The notes beneath the pieces are model-generated. The model was given only the letters and a program-made list of their open reading frames with translations, did no database searches and was not told the origin of the DNA. DNA of 64,000 nucleotides from NCBI RefSeq assembly GCF_036321535.1, contig NC_087436.1, positions 23,562,001-23,626,000 of the forward strand, written 5' to 3'. The translations under genes were made by a program, and so were the position numbers. Shown one piece after another: positions 1-14,129 of the stretch. Numbering within the stretch: position 1 is the first letter of the stretch; every line of letters begins with the position of its first letter. Source of the DNA: Camelus dromedarius (Eukaryota).

Positions 1-152
1 CTAGAAGAAATCACTGGTCTTCATATTCCCGAGGCAACCATTCCAATGGCCACACTTAGATGCAAAGGGATTTGTAATCTCTGGCTGAGCAGATGCTTCT
101 CTGCTTTGAGGGAAGTGTGAATTTCAGTGGTCAGCTCACCATATCTCCCACA
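1..152. mobile_element. End of an old MaLR (MLT1-type) LTR
   Basis: ggccacacttagatgcaaaggga...ggtcagctcaccatatctcccaca resembles MLT1 termini. Confidence 0.45.
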
Positions 153-559
153 GTGGGCCTAATCTCAATGTCAAGGCCATTCTTCCCTCTCTTACTTGTA
201 TCCTCATGATTCATCCTTTAATATGCTATACTGTCTCCCCATCCTAGCCCTCACTCTACACTCATTGCTTTTCTAAAGATGGCATTGAGGGTTGGGAGAA
301 AGATCTGTGTGCCCACCTGTATGCTAATGAAGTCAATCTTTCTCTAACCATGGAGAAAGAATGGTGACAAGCTCTGCTCTGTCCAAATAGAGCCACAAGA
401 AAATTAATTGTATTAAGGCAAGGGCTCTGTCAGTCTTGTTTGCCATTGTATCATCAGTACCTGAAGAGTGCCACAAGGCAGAAGGCATTATCTAGTAAGA
501 GCTAGCATTTTCCCTTCAGTGCTTCGTTCTCAGGGGCCACAAGGGCCCCTCTCAGGAGC

Positions 560-2228
560 TGCCCCACCTCCCCTCTGGTTGCCAAGCTCATAACTAGGGT
601 TACATCCCAGCAGACCTGGCTAGGGATGTGCTGTGTCTGCCAAGGGAAGAAAGAGTTTATATACTGAAGGTGTTGCAAGAAATTAGGCAGCATGTACCAG
701 CAGAAGCCAGGGGATACCCCTGGAATTGAATTTTGAGAGTGCTTGATCAATAGGGTCAAATGTAAGGCAAGATAAACACGAATTTATTGCCTTGGAGGCA
801 TTTTCTCAGGACACTGGCTTAACACCCTAGCAAGGGCCCTGGGGAGCAGGGTGGTTCTTAGAAGCCTGGAGAAATTGCTGGATGATGCTGAGAAAAGTGC
901 AAATGCCTGAGTTACCCTGGCAGATGGCAGAGGAAGGAATAAAAAGGCTGTGGGCAGTGGGCATGCTGGAATGGATGGATATGCTACATGAGTTCAGAAA
1001 AAACATCAGAAGATTATGTTGGGTTCGAGGGCCCAGAGGATACACTATTTATCAAGGCCGAGCTAGCTATTGTTGCCTATAAATGTCCAACCTGTCAGCA
1101 ACAGAGACCAATGCTGAGCCCCAACATGGAACTATGCCTCAAGGAGAACAGCAGGCCACTTGGTGGCATGTCAGCTACACTGGGACCCTCCTATCCCAGA
1201 AGAGCCGGCTCTCTATAATCCTAGGGTAACTTCCTGTTCTGCAGATGAGTTTACCTTTCCTTCACATAGAGCCTCATCTGGCACTAACAGAGAGCTTACA
1301 GGATGCCTAATCCTCAGACATTATATTCTACACAGCATGACCAGGGAACCCATTTCACAGCAAAAGAAGTATAAGAGTGGGCCCATGACCACAGGATCAA
1401 ATGGTCCTATCATGTCCTGAACCATCCAGTGTCATAGAACACCGGAGCGACCTTCTACTGTCACAGTGGAAGTGGCAGCTCAGAGGCAACACTGAAAAGA
1501 TAAGGTGCCACCCTTCAGGATGCGGTATATGCACTGGATTAGAGAAATACCTCTCTACAGTGCTGGGTCTCCAAGGAGAAGAATATATGGGTCCAGAAAC
1601 AAAGCACTGGAAGCAGGTGTGATTAACATCACTCCCAATGACCCACTCCAGCTCTGAGATCTTCAGATGTTCTAGTCCCCTTGCCAAGGGACGTATCAAG
1701 AGTCCATTGAACTTTAAGATGTGACAATGGCCAGGGCAATTTGGACCCTTAATGTCCAGGGACAAGCAGGTAAAAGGAAGACTCACCATAGTGGCAGGAG
1801 TGATAGACCCTGATCCTCAGGAGGAGGGAGAGCTGCTTTTAATCACAGGTCAAGGAGGAACATGAGTGGAGCTTAGGCACGCCTTTGGTGCTTCCTAGAA
1901 CTCCTTTGCCCCTTTGGAACTGAGACGGGGTGGTGCCAAGAGCTTAGAGCTTTAGGAATGAACATCTGGTCACATAAACAAGTAAGCCACCAAGGCTTGC
2001 TGAAGTGAAGGCTGAGGATGAGGGAAATTTAGAATGGATGGTGGAAAAGGGAGAGGATGAGTATCAGTTGTAGCCCTGAGATCAATTACACAGATTGACC
2101 AATTGCAGTTGGTACCACTAACTTCCTTTTCTAAGTTTCCTCTTGGGAAGAGAGACCCACAGGAACCATGGAAGATCTGCTACCTGAACTTGCATGGGAA
2201 AGAAATCTGTATGGCACAGGGAATAGAT
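560..2228 (+). mobile_element. Decayed ERVL (class III) internal region with gag and integrase remnants
   Basis: MPELPWQMAEEGIKRLWAVGMLEW (ERVL gag-like, ~903-975); CPTCQQQRP (integrase Zn finger, 1084-1110); DQGTHFTAKEV*EWAHDHRIKWSYHV (integrase core, 1339-1416), with stops, frameshifts and large deletions. Confidence 0.85.
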
Positions 2229-2233
2229 CCTGG

Positions 2234-2614
2234 TGCCTTAGTCAGCTCAGGCTGCTATAACAAAATATCATGGACCAGGTGGCTTAAACAACAAACATTT
2301 ATTGATTTATTTCTCACAGTTCTAGAGGCTGAGAAGTCCAAGATCAAGGTACCAGGAGATTCAGTGGGCTTCTTGGTTTAGGGAGGGCAGACTTCCTGCT
2401 TTATCCTCACATAATGGGGGGAGGGAGAGGGAGCGAGAGAGAGCACGTTCTGGTCTCTTCTTCTTATAAGAGCATTAATCCCATCATGGGGCTCTACTCT
2501 CAAGACATCATCTAAACCTAATACCTCCCAAAGGTCCCCCCTCCAAACACCATCGCGTTGGGTTAGGTCTTTACATGTGAGTTTGGGAGGGATGCAAACA
2601 TTCAGTTCATAGCA
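2234..2614 (-). mobile_element. MaLR solo LTR (MLT1A/MST-like)
   Basis: Reverse complement starts TGCTATGAACTGAATGTTTGCATCCC and ends GTTATAGCAGCCTGAGCTGACTAAGGCA; contains the typical ctcacagttctagaggctgagaagtccaagatcaagg motif. Confidence 0.85.
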
Positions 2615-3102
2615 TCTGACAACCATGAAAATGTACGTCTCAGATAACAAGGAGTGTAAGTGACTGATGGTCCCAGCTGCTGCCCTTCTGGACCCAACAT
2701 TGGGCTCCCAACCCATGACTAAGCATGGTGGGGATGCTAATGACAGCCCATTCCTTCAAGATGCAGGATGCCTCTAACAGGTGACTTTGGTTGGAAGACT
2801 CCCCATAGACCTGGCTGAAACTTTCTCTGAAATGTGCTAAGTTCTTGACTCTTCCTACTCACCTCTCCTTCCTTCCTTCCTTCCTTCCTTCCTTCCTTCC
2901 TTCCTTCCTTCCTTCCTTCCTTCCTTCTTTCCTTCCTTCCTTCCTTCCCTCTCCCTTTCAGGGATGTCAGACCTGCAACTGGTGGCTCTCCTCAATTCCT
3001 CCTGCTCCCTCTCCCTTTACCCATCACAGGTATTCCTCCAGTAAATCTCTTGCATGTTCAATCCTATCTAGGCATCTGCCCCTCAGCAGACAAGAATTAA
3101 GA
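2615..3102 (+). mobile_element. ERVL 3' LTR (LTR16-like), carrying a (TTCC)n expansion
   Basis: Ends cagtaaatctcttgcatgttcaatcctatctaggcatctgc...; lies directly after the ERVL internal sequence. Confidence 0.7.
2866..2948 (+). repeat. (TTCC)n microsatellite
   Basis: About 20 units, one interruption. Confidence 0.95.
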
Positions 3103-3129
3103 TCTTCCATAAAATATATAGGATGCTGG

Positions 3130-3410
3130 ATGCTGTGATGGAAGAGAATGTGGTGGTGATGGGGAGGTGATTACTTCACAGGGCAGTTGGAGGAGGCAGT
3201 GGGGAGACTGATCTCAGGCTCTAAGGAAGTGACTGCTGAGTTGGGATGTAAAGTGAGGGGAAGGGAAGGACCACACAGAGCTGGGGGGTTGTGTTCTGGC
3301 ATGGGGAAGGTCAGGAAGGCTGGAGTGTAGTGGGTGAGGGAAATTGGCAAGAAGAAGATGGAGAGGTCAATGGAGATCAGCTCCTGTGGGGGTTGTTGAT
3401 TGGATAGAAT
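3130..3410 (-). mobile_element. L2 fragment
   Basis: Purine-rich antisense L2 signature (aaggaagtgactgctgagttggga...aggaaggctggagtgtagtgggtgaggg). Confidence 0.55.
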
Positions 3411-4129
3411 GGTCAACTAGAAACAAGGGAGAAGCAATCTCATGTGTACAAATAACTTAGTGACGCAGGATTTACAATTCCGTATGGCAGCTCCTTTCAG
3501 TACTAATTTATCCATTCATCCATCCACTTGTTCATTCATGTTGAAGTTTTAATTCTCCAAAACAGAAAACTGCTTTCATTTCATGCCTATCAGGCCCTTA
3601 TCACAAAAGCTGGTTTGTAGATTATAAGGTTCTAGAGTTTGGACCTCAGCTTTTAGATCCAAAACTTGTTTTCTGTCTGCCTGGATGAGATCAGTCGCTC
3701 AAGGATTCTCACACAAACTGAACTCAAGAGGCTGATGTCAACCCCCAAATAATACATAGAAAGGCTAAGGTGTTGGTTAGTCAGAACAGTACTCTTGTTC
3801 TATAGAAAAATCTATCCAGGGAGTTAAGATTTAATTCCAGGGTTGTTTTATCAGCAACCATCTCCTAACAGTTGAAACTCTCTCTGATTTCCCCTAATAG
3901 ATCCTTTTGTAGTTTCCATAGAGATCATACTCACGCTCCCATTAACACTTTCTTCAGACAGAGCACAACACAACTGATTAGATTAAAGCTTTCCTAGTTA
4001 TAATCTCATCACACCTTCTTCCCTGAGCTTAACCTCCAGGTTATTGTAAATGAATTTGGGGTGTTCCTATAACTTTTTGATTGCATATTTCTTGGAAAAT
4101 TTCTTGGACTATAAGTAATAGTAATCAGT

Positions 4130-4290
4130 AATAGCAAATAATTATTATTATAGATGTTGTATAATGCTTATTTGTGATGGGCTGAGCCCTTTACATAAGT
4201 TATTTTATTAAATGCTTAAAAGTGCTCTGTGAAGGAAACATTAAGATATCTATTTTATAGGGAAAAAAACCCTGAGACTAAGTTACTTGT
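4130..4290 (-). mobile_element. MIR SINE fragment
   Basis: ctattttatagggaaaaaaaccctgagactaagttacttgtc, MIR core-like. Confidence 0.55.
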
Positions 4291-4567
4291 CATTGTGGCT
4301 TCAAAGCCCATCCTGATTTCTTCCATTCTCTGTGATTTCTGTGCCCTTTTTTCTTTCCCTTTCTTCCTTTTCCTTTTTTTTTTCTTCTGTGATTATTAAA
4401 AACTATACATGCAATGTATACAGATATTTCAAAAAATACAGAAGAAAATAAAGTGAAAAGAACAGTGCCCATTCTCACTTCCTAATGCCAGCTCTGGCCA
4501 TCCTGTTTCCCACTGGAAGTAAATCACTCCTGAACAGTTTTCTTGAATAAAGCCCACCATATTCTTC

Positions 4568-4600
4568 ACACATGCACACACACACACACACACACACACA
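4568..4600 (+). repeat. (CA)n microsatellite
   Basis: Read directly. Confidence 0.95.
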
Positions 4601-5789
4601 TTTTTTACTTTGCGTATTTTCCCCCAAAATACAAATGCTGTGTGTAACTGGGTATCTCAAACATGCTTCCTCCTCACTACTAACGGATGCCTTTTATTCT
4701 TTCAAATTGATTCGTCTAAACTCCCCTATTTTCCATTGATCTGCCTATTTGGACACCAGAATCAAAGTGTTTCAGTTACTATAGATACATTTTAATGTGT
4801 TAGCATTATTCCTCCCCTTTATTTTTAGAACTTTCTGGACAATTTTCACATCTTTTCTTCCAAATCGATTTCAGACACATTTCTTCTTTTAAAGTTCAGA
4901 ACAACAACAGGATGGAAGAACAAAACCTATTTACATTTTGAGCGGGATTGTATTGAGACTATAGGTGAATTTAGGGATAATGGACATCTTTATACTATTT
5001 TTGTCTTGCTTTCTAAAACCAAAAAGTACACAATTTCTCCAGGAAAATCATTTTCAAAAACTAATACAATGGAATGTGACAGTGTCACAGCAGCACATGT
5101 GCAGAGTATTATAGATGTGTGGGAAACGAGTAGAGGAGGGGCCCCCAGTCTGGCTCATGGTTGACTTCTGGATTAAAATTCATCTCCCAACTATCAACTC
5201 CTTGGTCCTAGTTCTGACCTCTGAAGTGTTTAATTTATCTTCCTCCTGTGTGCTGAAAAAAATTTGGGGGTCTCTTTTAAAACTTCTCCTGGCTAAACAT
5301 CACCATTTTCTTAAGTAACATGATTTTCCAGACTCTTCATCCATTTCTTTCCTTCTGTAGACATCAACCTCTTAAATTGTGGTGCTCAGAATTTTAATAC
5401 AGTAGTTGTGAAGATTTAAGATCTGCAGCTTCTAGAATATGTGTGAAGTATCGTGACGGAATTTTTTCTTAAGGCACAAATTTGAATCATATAGGCTCAC
5501 GTAGAGGATGGATGGAGGAATGGAGAAATAACATTCATTTACCCATCCATACATTCATTCCACAAATATTTCATTGACACTTGTGCAGGAATCATTCCTA
5601 AGTGAGTCTAGCTGGTTTTCAGTCATCTGCTTGTGAGCCCAGCCTTCCTGTTCTCTACTCTAAAGCACTCATGCATCTTGTGAGGGAATTGGGTGAGGAT
5701 TCTGTGTGAGGATTTCCATGACACTGCCAAATACCTTGCTTTGAAATGTCCCTTTCTCTCTCTTTCTTTTCTTTTCTTCCTTTCTTTCT

Positions 5790-8530
5790 TTGATTCCACT
5801 ACATATAAGTGAGATCATACAGTATTGGACCTCCTCTGTCTGACTTATTTCACTTAGCATAATGCTCTCAAGGTCTGTGTTGTCACAAGTGGCAGGATTT
5901 CCTCCTTTTATAGTTGTACTGTATCATCTCCAACATTTCATATGGTCTTTTTTTTTTTTTTAAAGCCATTCTAATGTATGTGTTGAGTATGTCATTAGGG
6001 TTTTAATTTGCACTTCCCTAATGACTAATTTTATGGAGTGTATTTGCCACCTGTATATCTTTTTTGAGAAATGTCCAGCTTTTTTACCTTTTTGTATTAG
6101 GTCGCTTTTCTTCTTTTTTACTGAGTTATAAGAGTCCTTTATATATTCTAAATACAAGTCCTTTATTGGATATATGCTCTCCAAATATTTTCTCCCAGTC
6201 TGTGGCTTGCTTTTTAATTTTGATAATAGTGACATTTAAAGATTAAGTTTTAAATTTCAATAAAGACCAATGTATTTGTTTTATCTTTTATAGTTTGTGT
6301 ACTTTGTGTCCTATTTAATAAAGATTTGCTGGATCCAAGGTCACAAGATTTTTTCCCAGATATTTTGTCTGTAAGTTTTACAGTCTTAGCTCTTAAAGTT
6401 TTAGCTCATTTTAATTTAATTTTTAGATATGGTGTGAGATAATAGTCCAGTTTCTTCCTTCCTTCCTTTCTCTTTATTTCTTTCTTTCTCTTTCTTTCTT
6501 CCTTCCTCCCTCCCTCCCTTCCTTCTCTCACTCTCTCTGTCTCTCTCTCTTGCGTAGTTATCCAGTTGTTCCATCATCATTTATTGAAAAGATTGCCTTC
6601 TCCTACTGACTTGCCTCAAACATTTGTAAAAAATCAAATGCCCATTGTAGGTTTATTCTGGACTCTATTCCTGTCCTCTTGACCTGTATGTTTATTTTTA
6701 TGCCAATACCACACTACTTTGATTACTGTAGCTTATAAGACTTAAACTTATGTTGCCTAAGTCCTAGAAATTTGTTATTTTTTAAAGTTGTTTTGGTTAT
6801 TCTAGGTCCTTTGCATTTCCATATACATTTCAGAACCAACTTACCAATTTCTATTTTTTTTAAAGCTTTCTGGGATTTAATTTAGATTATATTAAGTTTA
6901 TAGATTATTTGGGGATAATTTATGTCTTAACAACATTGAATCTTTCAATTCAAACACATGGTATATCTCTCCCTTTAAGTCTTCAATTTCTCTCAGCAAT
7001 ATTTTATAGTTTTAAGACTATAGGCCTTACACATATATTGACAAATTTATTGCAAACTATATCATATCTTCATGCTCTTGTAAATGGTATCATTTAAAAA
7101 TTTTCCACTTCTAAGTGTTCACTGCTGATAAATATGAAAATACAATTAATTTTGAAATTAATGTTGTAATTAACTTTGCTAAGCTTAGTCATTAGTCCTA
7201 GTAGGTTTTTTAAAAATTCTAAAGATTTTCCACATAGTTGATCATGTAGACAAATAAAGACAGTTTCATTTCTTCCTGTCCAATCTTCTTATTTCGCTGG
7301 CTAGTACCTCCACTGCAATACTGACTAGAAAGACTGAGAACAGACATTCTTGTCTTATGCCTGATCTTAGGGGGGATGCAATCAATTTTTTACAGTTAAG
7401 TATGATGTCACCCATAGGTTCTTTGTAAATAACTGCCTCTTACCAGGTTAAGAAACTTTCTGTTCCTAGTTTGCTGAGAATTTTTTTTTGGGGGGGAAAT
7501 GAATTTTGTCAAATGCTTTTTCTGCATCTTTTGAGTTGATCACATCGTCTTTCTCTTTGTCTCTCAACATGGCGAATTACATCTATTTTGATATGTTAAA
7601 GCAACTTTGCATTCCTAGGACAAATTCCACTTGATCATGATGTGTTATCCTTTCTATATGTCATTGGATTCCATTTGCTAAAATTTTGTTGAGAATTTTA
7701 AAGTATTTTTATGAGGGGTATTGGTCTAAAGTTTTCCATTCTTGTGGTATATTTATCTTCTTTGATGTCAGGGTAATATTAGAGTCATAAAATATGTGAA
7801 GAATGCTTCGATTTTCTGGGAAATGTTGTTTCATATTGGTATTAATTCCTCTTTAAATATTTAGTATACTCACCAGTGAAGCTACGTAGGCCTGGAGCAT
7901 TCTTTGTGAAAAGGCTTTAAACTCCCCATTCAGTTTCTTTAGTCTAGGATTAATTTTGCCCCCCTTTGAAGGATTCCCCTGTGAGTATTATATCTGATGT
8001 TCCATGTGCTATGAGAGTTTTCCACTCTAGCTGCTGGGAATACAAATTATCCCAGACCTGTGTGATTTCCAAACATTGTCGCCACCTCTCTCTTGGAGTA
8101 GTTCTTTTCCTTGTCCCAGGTTATTTTCTCACACAAGTGCGCCACTCAGTATTGAACTGATGACTCAGCGGCACACTCTGCCAATCTCTGGGATTCCCTC
8201 CTTGTGCAGCTCTCTTCTCTCTGATACCCTGACCATTCAACTTCAGCTATCTTGACCTCCTTGAAATCCCAACTGCATTTCCTCAACTTAGGGAGATTGC
8301 CTGGCTCTGGTTCCTCCTCCCTGTACTGTGGGCTGAAAACTTTATCCAGAGATTCCACTGGGCAGTTGTAAAGATCATCTATCTGTTTCTCCTCTCTCAA
8401 TGATCAGTTTCCTTTGCTGCTTGTTGTCCAATGTCTGAAAACACATTGTTTCACATATTTTGCCTCATGTTTTTAGTTATTTAAGGTGAGAAGGTAAATC
8501 TGGTCCTTGTTAATTCACCTTATCTAGAAG
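5790..8530 (-). mobile_element. L1 cluster, antisense: a short younger L1 3' UTR piece (~5790-5915) plus an older L1M ORF2/5' region
   Basis: atataagtgagatcatacagtatt...cttatttcacttagcataat (L1 3' UTR). Minus ORF 5960-6235 is frameshifted L1 ORF2 C-terminus. tttttatgccaataccacactactttgattactgtagc and ttttgtcaaatgctttttctgcatc are classic antisense ORF2 strings. Confidence 0.85.
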
Positions 8531-8804
8531 CAGAAATCTCTTACATATTCTCATTTGTATAGCCCAAGATTGCCTGACCCTTTCTAGAAGTCAAGTTCTG
8601 CTGAGCTTGCAGTCTATCACAACCTATACGTTTCTCATTCTTTAATATTCAGGTTCCTAAAAAGTAAGGTCTCCCTGATCTTGTATTTGTGTGATTGATT
8701 CATCAACTTAAAGTCAGCTCTCATATTTATTCTATCAGATTTCTTCATATTAATTTTGGTCCTTAGGTGTCCTGGAATCCTGCTTCTACCATCCATTCTG
8801 CTGT

Positions 8805-9900
8805 CTATCTCATTTATTAAATGAATATTTATCAGTGCCAAGTACATGCCTGGCATTATTACAGTTGATACAGGGGATACAAACACAGTTCTTGTTCTCA
8901 TGGAGTTGACATTTTGGGAGTGGGGGAAATACACAACAAACAGAAACCGATACACAAAATAATTATTTCAGATAGTGCTACATGCTGTGAAGAACTGAGT
9001 ACTGTGACAGAGAACAACCAGGGTAGGAAATTGGCTGCTTTAGCTTTGGCTTTCAGGGAAGTTCTTTGAATGGGTTCTTGGTTGCAAACAATAGAAAACT
9101 CTGCTTAACTTAAGCAGAAAAACATTTTGGGGGAGAGTTTCAGGTAACTAATACCACTGATACGTAGACTGCAGAACCCAGCTTCAGTGGGACCCAAGGG
9201 AGGCAAAAAACAACGAAGAAAAAAAATCACAGAGTCATCTGCACATCATCTCAGCACCAACCAGCCATGGCCACTGCTAAGAGCACCACCATTGGACAAC
9301 CATCACTGCAATGAACTCCACCAACCTTCCATACTACTAGAACCCTGCGGGACTCTCCGTGGTACCAGAGCCACCATGAAAACTGCACCTACCTCTGTGC
9401 ATCATCACTCTCTTCAGATTTGAAACCCAGGAACAGGAAATGACTGGCTGCATTTGAATCACGTGCCCGGGTCTTAGCTTCCACAGGTAGGTTAAGAGAA
9501 GGACCTGACCCTTTGAAGTTTCATAGTAGGAGCATGAGATGTTCAGTTGCTGGGTAGATAATAGACAATGTCTCCATGGCCTCTCTAAAAAGGTGACATC
9601 TGAAGAATGGGAAAAGGCAGCCCTATGAAGAACTGAAGGAAATGCATTCTAGACCAAGAAAACAGTAGGAGCAGAGACCAAAACAGGAATAAGCCTGGTG
9701 TTTTCAAGGGATGTGAAGTCCCTGGGTGGCTGGAACACAGGGGACAAGGGAAAGAGACTCAACAGATGAGATCCAGGAGATGTCAGAAGTATGATATCTA
9801 CAACTTTAAAGAGCATGGAAGGGGATATGCAGGGTACTTCTGTTGCACAAGGAAATCGTCGGCATGTTGAAGCATTACCGGAAAGGAAGTGATATGACCC
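8805..9900 (-). mobile_element. L2 3' end interrupted by an old MLT1-type LTR (~9065-9580)
   Basis: ctcatttattaaatgaatatttatcagtgccaagtacatgcctggca (L2 tail); tgggttcttggttgcaaacaatagaaaactctgcttaacttaagcagaaa (MLT1 end); L2 resumes at aaaaggtgacatctgaagaatgg. Confidence 0.65.
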
Positions 9901-10879
9901 CTCCTGGTGGTGTTCACTTCAAATTTAGAAAGCATTTTTTTTTTTTAACATTAGATTGTAAAAATGTTATAGCAACACTGAAGAATTTTAGGAAAAAATA
10001 ATTTAAAACTTCATTCTTTTAAGACTGTTTTCATTGCTGCCTATTTTCTTCAAATTTTGCCCATATGCACACTTAGTTTTGTATCTCTTCCCATTGTACG
10101 TAAACTTTTATGTTTTATTCTTTTTACTGAATGTTGCATATTACACATTGTTCAACACTAGGGATAGTGCTGTATTGCAAATTTGTCTTTACAAATTTTC
10201 TTTAGAATGCACATTTAGGAATGGGATTACAGAGCTGCAAGATACACACAGTTTATTTAAAATGCAATACATATCTCCATAGAGCTTTCTGAAAGAGTTG
10301 CATTGATTTATAATGTTACCGAAGTCCATGAGTGTATTAGTTTCACCAGTTATGTAACTGCTGGCTTTGCAGCACTAATCTGACTCAGGTTGTTCTCATT
10401 TTCGTGTCTTTGATAACTACTGCCGCCTTTGTGCATTGAGGCTCCAAGGAAGCCATGGGTAGGGCAGTAGGAAGTGAGAGGGAGGCATAATTTCTCTGGT
10501 CCCACCTCCACTTCTAGGACTGTGAAATCACAGCCTGACATTCCACTCTGCCTCTTCTCTGGGACTCCTAGAGTGTCTCACCGGTGGCATCTCCTTTGCT
10601 GTGGCTTCCCCCGTTGATGGCTGCTTCCAGTCTACCTCTATCCCCAGGGCCTGGGTCTTTGTGCCCTCTTCCCCCTCCATGACTGCTCACTCTTCCTCTG
10701 TCCTCTGCCTTGTTGGGTAAATAGCCACTCCTCCCTTCTGTGCTCCCGGTGTCAGGTTACCCGAATGGAGAAAATTCCCACAGCCACTACCTTTGCTGCA
10801 AAGAGTGCTTCCTGGTGATCTCAGTTTTCTTACAGAGATTCAAAACCATTCATACATCCAACAACTAATTATTCAGCAG

Positions 10880-11290
10880 TGTATCAGTCAAAATCCCAGC
10901 AGGAAACAGATGGCGCACTCAAACTGGGAGGCTGAGAAGGGTTTAATAAAGGGATTATTTGCAAATATGGGCTGGAGTTAAGGAAGCCAACAAAGGATGA
11001 TGTAGTGCCCAGGCACTAGCAACAAACAGGAGTTACTGCCACCTAAAAGGACTAGAAGAGAGAGTGGTTACAGAAACTTAGATAGAGGAGCTTGATAGAG
11101 AGGGCTGCCTGGCAGAATCTATGACATTGGGAAGAGGGTTGAAGGAAATCCATAGCAACCCATCAAGGAAGACGTCAGGGGAGTACATACCCTAAGCTCA
11201 CTCTCCTCCTGCCCCTGGTATCCTGCCACAGCCTCCATTGGCTGAATACAATCAGAGGCCATAAAGGAAAAGAGACTCTTTATGGAGGCA
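10880..11290 (-). mobile_element. Ancient LTR, family uncertain
   Basis: Begins tgtatcagtcaaaatcccagcaggaaacagatgg, a typical reverse-complemented LTR end. Confidence 0.5.
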
Positions 11291-14129
11291 GGAGCTGGAG
11301 GACACAGTGGTAGCATACCGCCCATGGGAATAAGACTCCTGGGGATGGAGGATGTCCTGAGCTCCCTATCATGACTGAAGCAGACAGGAATAAAAGCCAT
11401 GATGGGGTTGGTCCAGATGGTCTCAAGGTGAATACTGAGGCTGCCAGTGTTTGGAGGGGATGAAGGGAAGGATGAGGGTCTTGCCAGAAGTGTGCAAAGT
11501 TCTTATGCCAACCTCTTAACCCTTCCTAATGATGACAATATGTCCAGGGAGAGGCAGTGTTTTCCTGAATACCGGAGATCCAATGGCTACTCCTAGATTC
11601 ATAGTATGGAGGTGTGGAGCCCTCGTCATATTAGTACCCACTCTTTAATTTGCTATGTTCATTTACCCCATGTCCTTCCATGACCCACTGTTCCTCGATC
11701 AAGAATGTGCAGGCTACTTATTTCATAACTAGCAAGTATTGGCCCCTATTGTGGTGCTAGGACTGCAAAGACACACGCTATGGTCCTTTACTCAAGAGGG
11801 AGAGATCTAGCACGTAAGCATGTAGTAATTAGAACAGAAAGTAACAAGCACAGTGAGAGAAATACACAAAGGATACTATGGGAGCATGAAGGATGTCAGG
11901 GAGGTGATCATCTCTTCTATTGGCAGGGATTCTCTGCTGAGAGCCCTCCATCCATCATTAAGACAGAGCTTCAGTTCATGGCGGTACCCAGAGACTCTCT
12001 GAGACTCCACTGCTCTGCAAAGTGTGGACTTTCTTCCTGTGAATGTGTCTTTTAAATATGTTGTGTATTTCCTCTTTGGTGAATTATTGTTTCTATTCAT
12101 CATGTTTTTTTCCTGGTAAATTTAAATCCCATTTTTTAGGTATTATAGATATTATTCTGTCATACTTGATGCAAATCTTTTTGACAGCCTGATTTTTTTC
12201 TTTTTAATATTAGTGATGTTATTCTGCATTGTATGGCTATTTTAAAAGTCTGCTTATTCAAACCTGTCATTTGTCAGTCTTTTCTGTTTAGATTGTTTAT
12301 GTTTCTTTATAGCTGAGAATATTATCATTCCTCTACAGATCTATGAACATTTTATTCTATTTTCTACCAGACTTTCATACAATTTTGAATTATTTAGCAC
12401 TTTTAATCTATTTGAGAATGATTCTGCATGCTCTTTAACATATGAACATACGTTTATTCTCCTCTCAAATATTATAATATTTTCTATATTATCACGCAAC
12501 TTACCAATAAAACTTTGGGGAAGTCCAGAGCCAAGTCTGCCACCCAAACCACTAGAAGGTTCCTTTTGGGCTTACACTAATCCATTATCAATATCATTGG
12601 CAATTCCCTCATGGATTACCCAGCTCAGTGTGTGTATTTTGCATGGTAATTGTCTCATCCCTGGTAAGTTCCATAAAAGCAGGGATCATCTATACATCCC
12701 CATTACCTAACAGAGTACCTTAAACAGAGTACCTTACACATTGTTTATTTGGCACCTTAAATATCTGTCAAATGAATGAATAAATAACAGAATGAATTAA
12801 ATCCATCCACTGTTTTAATATTCACCTTCCTGTAAGTCCATAAGGAGAAAGTGAAATGCTACTTAAGCCACCTGGCTTATATTATTTCCTGGATCCACTT
12901 GTCTAATAACCTTACCCAAAGAGAAGATTACGTTAGACGCAGTGCATCCCTAGTGGACACACACGGACTCCCAGTAATCACTGCTCTCTTATCTGAGTGC
13001 TCACAGAACATCTGCTCACTGATCTTTTCTAAAACCTTGTCTGAAATCTTCTTGATCTCCAGAGTCCATTCTCACCCTGCCCTCACCACTTTTTGAAAAT
13101 GAGGGCAGAGACCAGGTCTTCATATGGCTCAGTTTCCTCCTTGCTGAGCAGTATTCTGAAAAATAAAAAGTAGTTGCTTAATAAATGTTTAATGAATGAA
13201 TAAACAAATGAACAAGTGAAAAATAACTATTACCCATCCAAACCTTCTAGACAGCTTAAATGAAATAATCCAAATAAACATGTAACACTGGGTAGTGTGC
13301 ACCCACAAATCACCTCTGTTCTGTGTGTGATGTAGACGCAGCTTGAAAATACTCACCGCATTAGGAGGGATTCACAGAGAGGCAAAAACAATGAGCTGGT
13401 CCCTGACATGGGAAAAGCACTTTCTGGCCAATGCGGCAATCCTCGACTTTAGGTCATTTGAGCAAGAAGTGATTCAGGTTGGAAAATGTTTGCAGATATC
13501 TGGCTTCAATTCAAATTTTGCAACTGTTTGAGAGGCATTTAATCTTATTCCTTTGTCCATAAAACAAGAAAGAAAGCAAATCTGTGTGTGTCACAGTTTC
13601 TTCTCAGGTCTGACCACTTGTGCAAGAGTCTGAGTCAAATCACTAATTTTTGGTTGTGCAGCAAGAATACGAAAAATAAAACAAAGTCTATGATAAGTCA
13701 TCTGCTTTGACTCTAACTGAATTATTTAATGTTATTGCATGTGAATGGTGTTCAGTAACATTTGTCATAAAGCAGAATCAAGCTGATCTTACTGAAGGTC
13801 AGGTTGAAAGTCCTCCAGTTTAATGAAGCATCAATATTAAATTGGACTGAGTGAGTTTTGTGTTGGAGAATCTGATAAGCAATAACTAATCTAAAAAGAG
13901 GAACAAATGCAAGGCCAACTAAAGCTATGTTCAGTCCTAATGTGTTCTAACAAGATCATTAGGCCCCTCTGCTGGCCTAGAGACTGGTTAGTACCAGTGA
14001 AGGCAGAGAGTGTGTGCTCAGAGTAAGCTGGCCACTCCGCAGGTGACCAGCAGCTGGGGTCAAGGGCGAGTCCCTCTCGCTTGCAGCACTCCACACCTCC
14101 TGTAGGATTATTATAAAAACAGGGGGGCC

